64,000 nt of DNA from a virus (Duplodnaviria; Caudoviricetes): the IMG/VR virus record IMGVR_UViG_3300032116_000002; one strand, given 5' to 3'. Below, piece by piece: positions 41,201-47,799 of the stretch; the stretch's first letter is position 1, and each line of letters opens with the position of its first letter. The translations under genes were made by a program, and so were the position numbers. The notes below the pieces were generated by a model. It saw nothing but the letters and a program-made list of their open reading frames with translations, was not told the origin of the DNA and ran no database searches.

Positions 41201-41610
41201 TTAGGTTGTGCATTTGTATAAACAGTACCAGCGACTAATGCATTTGCTACCTGTCCACTTACATTACCACCACTTACACTAAATGCAGTATTTGCTACAT
41301 TAGCATTTGGAACAAATCCTGTGACATTAGCACCTGCTATGTTTGTTAGTCCTGCACCATTAGCTATGATGTTAGTGACACTCAGTGAGTTGGTAGATTT
41401 GTCAAATGTAAAATTTGCGCTACTTCCAAAAGCATTTGCGTCATTAAATTGTACTTGTGTATTACTACCGGCTACTGAACCACCCAACACATAGGGCGTG
41501 CCATTAGCATACATCAAATTATCAGTTTTTACATTGGCGGTAACATTACCAAAAGTATAATCTTTAGTAGCGTCTAGGTTAAAGGGTTGTAATAATGTAA
41601 TTGCGGGCAT
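38227..41610 (-). CDS. Long shaft/fibre protein (1127 aa)
   Basis: Six QPNITS repeats, many GANV(T/S)G repeats, two DGKDRG..HYY..WDNSN modules, hydrophobic end LRAMSFLLGF. Confidence 0.8.
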   Translation of the reverse strand: MPAITLLQPFNLDATKDYTFGNVTANVKTDNLMYANGTPYVLGGSVAGSNTQVQFNDANAFGSSANFTFDKSTNSLSVTNIIANGAGLTNIAGANVTGFVPNANVANTAFSVSGGNVSGQVANALVAGTVYTNAQPNITSVGTLTSLTVTGALASGDATVTGNLTVSGTTITANVSSIIVKDPIIEQGGEVSGALTTNDGKDRGQLLHYYSGGVIDAFMGWDNSNAEFAFGSNVSVSSEVVTFNTLGNLRAGVYFGNGSGLTSIAGANVTGFVPNANVANTAYSVSGANVSGDVSGANHANVADSANSVAGANVTGFVANANVANTAYSVSGANVSGDVAGANHANVADVANSVSGSNVTGQVGNALVAGTVYTNSQPNITSIGTLTSLDVSGNVSFTGANVSLGNVSNLKIAGGTANYVLKTDGAGNLSWTSITSGTGNANVSGSNTQIQYNDGTNLGASANLTFDVTTKTLTVDNLVANGVGLTFITGANVNGFVPNANVANTAYSVSGANVSGDVAGANHANVADVANTVAGANVTGTVANATYAVTSGTSYSVSGSNVSGAVAYATTANSVAGANVSGQVGNSLVAGTVYTNAQPNITSVGTLTSLDITGNVSAGNANLGNLVTANFFTGNGSLLTSITGANVTGTVANANYSVFAGTAYFVSGSNVSGEVAFAATSNSVAGANVSGQVGNALVAGTVYTNAQPNITSVGTLTSLSVTGNLVAGNIQSNATLTAVDAVISGNLTVSGTTTTVNSTTTQIVDPLFELGSGANGAVLTSNDGKDRGTLLHYYTGSTATDAFIGWDNSNAEFAFGSNVSVSNEVVTFNTLGNLRAGFFLGNGSQLTGLPAGYTNTDVANYLPNYTGNLSAGNANLGNLVTANFFSGSGNLLSNIQGYNVSGQVGNAAVASTVYTNAQPNITSVGTLTSLNVTGNITSGNANLGNAVAANFFVGDGSLLTGIANASSSGTANTVTNNAQPNITSVGTLTSLNVSGNVSFTGANVSLGSVSNLHITGGSSSQFLQTDGSGNLVWANPVASLDITQDSFTGNGVQTTFTLSVTPSDEKQITVNYNGATMLRSSYTLSGANLVFDSPPANNSLLEVTTINTSTELASAGRLRAMSFLLGF

Positions 41611-41634
41611 TTAAAAGGTCCTGTCTTTATCTCA

Positions 41635-41642
41635 TATTTATC
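41635..41642 (-). promoter_or_regulatory. Putative late promoter GATAAATA
   Basis: Intergenic, 25 nt upstream of the ATG at 41610, with an AGGA RBS in between. Confidence 0.6.
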
Positions 41643-41671
41643 ATTTTTGGGAATGAGTTACATCGTGCTAT

Positions 41672-42046
41672 TTAAGCTCCCGCAACCTCTACCCAACTAG
41701 TAGTAGCTTCATCCCATGTATACATCTTGTCATCTTGTGGATAAGGTACTGGGCTTTCCCAATTACAAGTAGTTTCATTTAATATCCAACTGTTATATGG
41801 TTTAGGTGGTATAAAAGCATCACGTACTGAATCATAGCTATAACCTATACCAGCATAATTTTTTCTAAAATTGCCGTTATAACTAGTTTGTTTCCAGTTT
41901 GTATGTGATCCTTGACTCCAGCTGATTAAAAAGTCAATACCTTTTTGCTCAGTCTCTTGTCCGTTCTCATCTAATAATTCATTGTTGTTTACAACATGAA
42001 CCTCTAGTACTACATTGTTTTCATCTAATTTAGCAAAATGTGCCAT
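41672..42046 (-). CDS. Conserved phage hypothetical protein (124 aa, MAHFAKLDENN)
   Basis: GGAG RBS. Acidic/aromatic globular composition; KQTSYNGNFRKNYAGIG and FIPPKPY motifs recalled from phage proteins lying next to Gly-rich genes. Confidence 0.75.
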   Translation of the reverse strand: MAHFAKLDENNVVLEVHVVNNNELLDENGQETEQKGIDFLISWSQGSHTNWKQTSYNGNFRKNYAGIGYSYDSVRDAFIPPKPYNSWILNETTCNWESPVPYPQDDKMYTWDEATTSWVEVAGA

Positions 42047-42069
42047 TATTTTCTCCTTTGTATTTTGAG

Positions 42070-42252
42070 TTAAGTTATGCTACTCTGAGTTGCATTACCT
42101 AAACTATACGTATTTCCTACAGTGGTTATAAATTGACCATTGCTTCCACCTGACACGTGTAGGTTACCAATTGCGCCAAACGAAACATTACTACCGGTAA
42201 ACGATACGTTACCGGTTTGATTAATCATTGTTGTAGATACTTTAGTAGTCAT
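42070..42252 (-). pseudogene. 60 aa fibre-gene remnant or miniature fibre
   Basis: Truncated GNVSFTGSNV..GGSNGQFI module joined directly to a truncated NTYSLGN module, then a stop. Confidence 0.5.
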
Positions 42253-42257
42253 AATTT

Positions 42258-43220
42258 TTAAAATATAATTGATCCGCTACCTGTGAAGGTGTAAATTCTA
42301 TAACCAGCCGAAGTTGTAATGGTTGGGCTACCTGTAGTTGATGCTGCAACCGGTAATGATAATGGATATCTAATTATAACAATACCAGAGCCTCCTGCAC
42401 CTCCGGTAGTAGCTGAAGACGCTGCATGGCCGCCGCCGCCTCCGCCTGTATTAGGTGTACCTGATACACCAAATGTCATTGAACCCGTTGATCCGGAACC
42501 TCCGGCGCCGCCACCGCCAAGACCACCACTTCCTGGGGTCTCCGGCGTTAAATTTGCACCTGTCTCACCACCGCCACCGCCACCTGCATAATATATCCCT
42601 GAACCTATGGGCCATTCAGACCCTGAACCGCCATTACCAGCAACTGTTTGTGATACAGCATTTTGACCAACACTACCAGCACCGCCGCCTCCAGCTCCAC
42701 CTGGAGTAGAGCCGGAAGGTAATGCTATTCCGCCATTATTTCCTTGTCCAAATCTTCCGGAGCCACCTATATTGGCTTTATTACCTGCTCCTCCGCCACC
42801 TGATCCGCCACCAGTAGCTTGCACCCCGTCAACCTGACCGCCGCCACCGCCACCGCCTATAGCAGTTACATTAATGTGAGAACTTGTAATAGAAGAATTT
42901 TGACCGGTTCCCCCAACTGGTGTAACTGATGACGCGCCTGTACCACCTCCACCTACAGTTATTGTGTATGTAATGCCAAATATCATATCAGCGGAACTTG
43001 CGACTAACCCTCCGGCGCCACCACCTCCACCGCGATTATATCCTCCACCTCCACCGCCTGCAACAATTAAATAATCCGCAGGAACTGCTGAACCCGGCCA
43101 TTTTCTCTCACCTACGGCTTGTGTGACTTCAGTTCCAGTAAACATCCCTGCACCTGACGAACTGCTAGTAATTGTTGGTCTAGTGGCAGATAATAGTCGT
43201 CCTGGATATCTTGTTGGCAT
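42258..43220 (-). CDS. Glycine-rich domain protein (320 aa)
   Basis: MPTRYPG N-terminus, YLIVAGGGGG...GGSGIVIIRY...GYRIYTFTGSGSIIF. Confidence 0.8.
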   Translation of the reverse strand: MPTRYPGRLLSATRPTITSSSSGAGMFTGTEVTQAVGERKWPGSAVPADYLIVAGGGGGGYNRGGGGGAGGLVASSADMIFGITYTITVGGGGTGASSVTPVGGTGQNSSITSSHINVTAIGGGGGGGQVDGVQATGGGSGGGGAGNKANIGGSGRFGQGNNGGIALPSGSTPGGAGGGGAGSVGQNAVSQTVAGNGGSGSEWPIGSGIYYAGGGGGGETGANLTPETPGSGGLGGGGAGGSGSTGSMTFGVSGTPNTGGGGGGHAASSATTGGAGGSGIVIIRYPLSLPVAASTTGSPTITTSAGYRIYTFTGSGSIIF

Positions 43221-43222
43221 GA

Positions 43223-43594
43223 TTAACTTAATACCTGTATACTCGCCACCAATTCAATAGCATTATTAGTTCCGGATGTGGCTACGACTGACTGACCCTC
43301 ACCAATATATAATGGATTACCCTTGTCAACTAGCATCAACGAGGTATTCCCTGGGATAGGTAATTGAAAGGCTATTCTATATGCAGTACCACCGCCACCT
43401 GTTGCACTATTAATTGAAACGGTTATTGTTGCCGCTGTGTTTGTTACGTTTGTTGCTGTCAAGCTATCCATTTTTGTGACTGAGTTGGCACTAGGTGTGA
43501 GACCTGTCCAAGTAGTAGCGGTTGTTCCAGTAGGAATCAGGTAAGTTGTACTTACATAAATTGATGTTGCATTTACAATATTTGGATTTGCCAT
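43223..43594 (-). CDS. Small adaptor-family protein (123 aa, MANPNIV)
   Basis: KMDSLTATN, IPGNTSL, LYIGEGQ, SIQVLS motifs. Confidence 0.8.
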   Translation of the reverse strand: MANPNIVNATSIYVSTTYLIPTGTTATTWTGLTPSANSVTKMDSLTATNVTNTAATITVSINSATGGGGTAYRIAFQLPIPGNTSLMLVDKGNPLYIGEGQSVVATSGTNNAIELVASIQVLS

Positions 43595-43595
43595 T

Positions 43596-45290
43596 TTAAT
43601 ACCCTAAAAACATATTTATCGCAGCAGACTTAGCAGTTGTGGAACCTGACGATACATTAGAAAAGCTTATATTACCGTTTCCATCAGTTTGTAGGTATTG
43701 TCCAAAAGTTCCTCCTAATATTTTAACATTACTTACATTTCCTAAATTTATAGTTGAACCAGTCAGTGTTAAATTTGCGGCTGTGTTAATATTAGCTACA
43801 TTACTTATCCATGCGTTTGCAGTATTACTAAACGTGTTAGTAAGCAGATAACTGCTTAAATTAGGACCTGCTATTGTTGTTGGCAGTTCACGTATTTGAA
43901 TAGAAACATTGCTATTTACGGGACTAGTAAATGTGAGCGTATTACCTGATATTGTATAATCAGTTATTGGTGTTTGAAGTATACCATTAAGTGTGACAAG
44001 AACTGTATTTGCATTTGCACCAGAAGTTACAGTATAAGTATTTCCTGTTCCATTGCCTGTTGCTGTTCGTGTAACATAGTCAACTGTACCAGTAGCGTAC
44101 ATTTGTGTTATGGTAACTTCTAGTTGAGCACCATTAGCAGGAGCACTACCAAAAACAATGTTTGCTCCATTTAATGAATAAGAATTTCTTAATAGTGTAG
44201 CACCGTTGTAATTAACTGTTGTATCGTTTATATTATTAGGGGTTACACTTAACGTAAAAGTTGTTTGTACTCCATTGCCTGTAAATGTGTCAACAAAAAT
44301 CGCATTTGTGAAATTTCCTGCTGCTGATGAATTAGCCCAAATAAGATTGCCTGTTCCGTCAGTCTGTAGGAATTGATTACTAGAACCACCTAATATTTTT
44401 AAGTTAGATATATTACCTAAACTTACATTTGCACCTGTAAAACTTGTGTTACCAGTTACGTTCAACCCAGTTAAATTACCAACACTAGTAATATTAGGTT
44501 GTGCCGCGTTTGATACAGTACTTGCTATAACACCTAAATTATCTACAAAGGTTTTTGTTACGCGGTTATCGATAGCAGTGTTTGCTCTGTCAACCGTATA
44601 GTATAGATTTGTGCCTTCTGATAAATTGCTTGTTGATTGTGTGCTTAACCATGTGTTAGCTGTATTACTAAACGCATTAGTGTTTAATTTATTAGCTAAT
44701 GTATTAGTGATTGTAGTAGAGAAACTAGCATCATTACCTAATGCGTTGCTTATTTCTCCTAATGTATCTAACAATGCTGGTGCAGAGTTAATTAAGTTTG
44801 CAATTGAGTTACTAACATAAGTTTCTGTAGCATAGCCTGTTAAGTTAGCAGTTTGTTGTGCTACCCATGTTAAATTACCATTACCGTCAGTGCTTAAAAT
44901 GTAAGCGTTAGAACCACCTGATATTTTTACATTAGAAATATTACCTAAGTTAACTGTTCCTGATACAGTTAAACTTGTTAGTGTGCCTACACTAGTAATA
45001 TTTGGTTGAGAACTGCTATAAACGGTGCTTGAAGTTAGTGAGTTACTTACCTGTCCTGTAACATTTGCACCGGATATAGTTGTTAAATTAGAACCATCGC
45101 CAGTAAAGTAATTTGCTACGGCTATATTACCTAAATTAGAGCTACCTGTAACAGAAAGATTAGCGACTGTGATATTTCCAGTAGGATTAGAAACAGCGTT
45201 ATCTACATAAGCTTTTGTAGCTGCATCTTGTGCAGCAGTTGGATCTTTTAAATTTTTAATCTGGGCCGGTGCTGGAAATGTTAATGCCAT
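43596..45290 (-). CDS. Shaft/fibre protein (564 aa)
   Basis: DAATKAYVD, APALLDTLGE, SEGTNLYYT and two T(F/A)TGNG modules; hydrophobic end AAINMFLGY. Confidence 0.8.
   Translation of the reverse strand: MALTFPAPAQIKNLKDPTAAQDAATKAYVDNAVSNPTGNITVANLSVTGSSNLGNIAVANYFTGDGSNLTTISGANVTGQVSNSLTSSTVYSSSQPNITSVGTLTSLTVSGTVNLGNISNVKISGGSNAYILSTDGNGNLTWVAQQTANLTGYATETYVSNSIANLINSAPALLDTLGEISNALGNDASFSTTITNTLANKLNTNAFSNTANTWLSTQSTSNLSEGTNLYYTVDRANTAIDNRVTKTFVDNLGVIASTVSNAAQPNITSVGNLTGLNVTGNTSFTGANVSLGNISNLKILGGSSNQFLQTDGTGNLIWANSSAAGNFTNAIFVDTFTGNGVQTTFTLSVTPNNINDTTVNYNGATLLRNSYSLNGANIVFGSAPANGAQLEVTITQMYATGTVDYVTRTATGNGTGNTYTVTSGANANTVLVTLNGILQTPITDYTISGNTLTFTSPVNSNVSIQIRELPTTIAGPNLSSYLLTNTFSNTANAWISNVANINTAANLTLTGSTINLGNVSNVKILGGTFGQYLQTDGNGNISFSNVSSGSTTAKSAAINMFLGY
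43613..43620 (-). promoter_or_regulatory. Putative late promoter GATAAATA embedded in coding sequence
   Basis: Within codons A-I-N-M of the 564 aa gene, 19 nt upstream of the adaptor ATG at 43594, the same spacing as three other copies. Confidence 0.4.
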
Positions 45291-47516
45291 TTATGTCACC
45301 GTATATAAAAATGTTGCTGCTGAGAAATTCGTAAATCCATAAACTGTATATACCTGTCCTGCAATCGTTTGTTGTACGCCCGGTACATCAGGATCTTGTG
45401 TAACCAAGGAACCAATGAAGGTATAACCCCATGTTCTTTGTGCGCTAGTAGGTGTAGCTATCCATAAATAATCTGTTTCTGTTGCTGATGTAGTAGCACC
45501 TTGTCCTGTAGCATAGTTATTCGAATTTCTATTATCACTTGTAGTAAATGTAGGTCTAGTATTAGTGCTAGTTATTTTCCAGAACAATGGATAGTATATC
45601 GTAGCTGCATTTACTGTGCCTGAAACAGGATTAGGTATTGTTCTTGTTCCATAACCATTTAATCCTGCTCCAGTATAATCGTTTGTTGTAATTGTATAAC
45701 CTATCGTGCTATCTATACTTGTACTTGTGCCCGAAGTAGCACCAACACTTGTCAAGCTTATACCTTGCGCGGCGCCAGTAGAATAAGTTAAATTACCACT
45801 TTGTGTTGTACCCGTTACACTTAAATTCCAGTTAAATGATTGATTTGTACTAAAATAAGGCACCGAGCTTTGTGGGAAGCTTGCTGCAATACTATTGACA
45901 TTATAAGCAACAGGTGCAACAGTAGTTAGTGTAGTAGATGAAGCAGTTTTAACACCTCTACTAGTTGTTAAATTAGCAGTAACAGTTGATGTAGCATTTA
46001 ACTGAACATTCGCATTTACTAATTCACTGCCTATTGTTATTGTAGAACTTGAACCAGAAATTCCTAAACCTAATATGTTTGCACCCGTAATCACTGAGCC
46101 ACCTATTGTTATAGTGTCAGATGATTGTATAGTAAAATTGGCGTTTGATATAGATAAACTCAATCTAATATTTTGAGTATTAATAATACTTTCTAAAAAG
46201 TTGGTATATTGATTTTTACTGGCGCTACCACTGGCCCATTGTGTCGTTGCTGTTAAGTTAGCAGGGCCCAATTGATAGATGGTAAACACACCACCTGGAT
46301 ATTGAGCATTGCCATAAGTAGCGTCTACGGCTAAATCTGCTCCAGTAGTAAAATTTGTAACATTACTTGTAATAAAAGTACATGCCAGTCCAGTAGGTAA
46401 ATTAGTTAACATACTGCCATCACCTTTAAAGAAGTTAGCTTCGATGTTACCATTAGCTACTTTAAATGTCGTGTTGTTTGCTTGTAATTGAGCATTTCCT
46501 AAAAATATTGTATTGCCTGCTAAGTATAGGTCTCTCCACTTTTTAGAAGAAGAACCTAAATCTTGTGTTTCTGTCGTGTTAGGTAAGAAATCACCTTTCA
46601 TAGTTGTATTGGATGTACCAATATCAAATATGTTGGTAGTTCCATCTATATTAATCGTGACGTTAGCATTAGCACCATTGATTCTAAGATTACTTGTGCC
46701 ATTTTCTATTATTGAAGTTTTGACGCCAGTTAATAAATGACCATTACCTTCAAAATAGTTTGCTTTTGCTAAATTACCTAAGTTTGCATTACCAGTAGAA
46801 AGATTACCAGAAACAGTTAGACTTGATAATGTGCCGACACTTGTGATATTTGGTTGAGCATTATCAGAAACAGTGTTAGCATAACCACTTACTTTACCGA
46901 TTAATGTGTCTAATCTAAGATTACCTAAATTAGAAAAATTTATTTGATCATCAAAAGAAACTGTTACATTACTTCCCAAAGCAAATTCTGAGTTAGAATT
47001 ATCCCAACCCATAAATGCTTGTTTTGCTGATCCATCATAATAGTGTAGGATCGTTCCTCTATCTTTATTATCGTCAAGAGTTAATGTCGCACCATTTGCG
47101 CCGCCACCTTGTTCAATAATAGTGTCTTTAATTTCTAATGTTGTAACATTAACATAAGTTGTATTACCACTTACTACTAAGTTACCTGATATAACAGCAT
47201 TTGTAGCGTTTAATGTTCCTACATTTGCGTTGTTTGTGACTACAACATTACCTAATGTACCAATATTAGTAATGTTTGGTTGATTTGATGTGGTTAGTGT
47301 TCCTGCCAAATAATTAGCTGAAACTAAATTACCTAAATTTGCTTCTATACCAAAAATGATACCGGAGCTAAAAATATTACCTACAACTCCAACACCACCT
47401 GAAACTTTTAATGCGCCTGTAGTATTACTAGTTGCGGCAGTATTACCATCAATAGATAACTGAGTATCTATTATTGCGTTTCCGTATATTCTGGTGCCTG
47501 ACTGTAACCTTGCCAT
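45291..47516 (-). CDS. Fibre protein (741 aa, MARLQSGTRIYG) with C-terminal head domain
   Basis: Fibre modules; last ~335 aa homologous to the C-terminus of the 1726 aa protein. Confidence 0.8.
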   Translation of the reverse strand: MARLQSGTRIYGNAIIDTQLSIDGNTAATSNTTGALKVSGGVGVVGNIFSSGIIFGIEANLGNLVSANYLAGTLTTSNQPNITNIGTLGNVVVTNNANVGTLNATNAVISGNLVVSGNTTYVNVTTLEIKDTIIEQGGGANGATLTLDDNKDRGTILHYYDGSAKQAFMGWDNSNSEFALGSNVTVSFDDQINFSNLGNLRLDTLIGKVSGYANTVSDNAQPNITSVGTLSSLTVSGNLSTGNANLGNLAKANYFEGNGHLLTGVKTSIIENGTSNLRINGANANVTINIDGTTNIFDIGTSNTTMKGDFLPNTTETQDLGSSSKKWRDLYLAGNTIFLGNAQLQANNTTFKVANGNIEANFFKGDGSMLTNLPTGLACTFITSNVTNFTTGADLAVDATYGNAQYPGGVFTIYQLGPANLTATTQWASGSASKNQYTNFLESIINTQNIRLSLSISNANFTIQSSDTITIGGSVITGANILGLGISGSSSTITIGSELVNANVQLNATSTVTANLTTSRGVKTASSTTLTTVAPVAYNVNSIAASFPQSSVPYFSTNQSFNWNLSVTGTTQSGNLTYSTGAAQGISLTSVGATSGTSTSIDSTIGYTITTNDYTGAGLNGYGTRTIPNPVSGTVNAATIYYPLFWKITSTNTRPTFTTSDNRNSNNYATGQGATTSATETDYLWIATPTSAQRTWGYTFIGSLVTQDPDVPGVQQTIAGQVYTVYGFTNFSAATFLYTVT
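45294..46300. repeat. Diverged direct repeat encoding a shared fibre head domain (partner ~54582-55620)
   Basis: IYQLGP, SKN.Y.NFL, GLNGYGTRTIPN.V.GTVNAAT.YYPLFWKIT and DYLW.A.P are present in both. Confidence 0.8.
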
Positions 47517-47557
47517 AGTTTTGCTGTAACCTTTATCTACTGCTACTTATGTACTAC

Positions 47558-47791
47558 TTATGATATTCCAGTTACTTCGTCAAAAACTCCGGAAATCTTA
47601 AGCCTCCCTGTATTTAGTTGCTGCATAGAACGACCGTTATCTGTGCCGGATACTTCATCAAGCTCTCCAGCATACACAGCTTCCTGTGATATGCTGAAGG
47701 ATGATTTAGTAACCTCATCAAACACTACGCCAACTTCAGGGTTGGCGTAGAGTGTTCCGGTCTTATTCAATCTCGCCGCTATATTAGCCAT
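47558..47791 (-). CDS. Small acidic (F/L)DEV-repeat protein (77 aa)
   Basis: GGATAAATG start; three (F/L)DEV motifs; homologous to both ends of the 299 aa protein. Confidence 0.7.
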   Translation of the reverse strand: MANIAARLNKTGTLYANPEVGVVFDEVTKSSFSISQEAVYAGELDEVSGTDNGRSMQQLNTGRLKISGVFDEVTGIS

Positions 47792-47799
47792 TTATCCTA

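Noticed and set aside
38227-41610. Ice-nucleation protein
   Set aside because: It lacks the regular AGYGSTxT 8/16/48-residue periodicity of InaZ-type proteins, and its repeats are irregular.
4318-45290. Invertase-driven shufflon for tip switching
   Set aside because: All cassettes are co-oriented, and no recombinase gene or inverted crossover sites were seen.
47517-47557. tRNA or structured RNA in intergenic gaps (also 24593-24671, 41611-41671, 51748-51787)
   Set aside because: The gaps are short and AT-rich, with no cloverleaf or stable stem. The tacttatg duplication at ~47543-47562 is too short to interpret.
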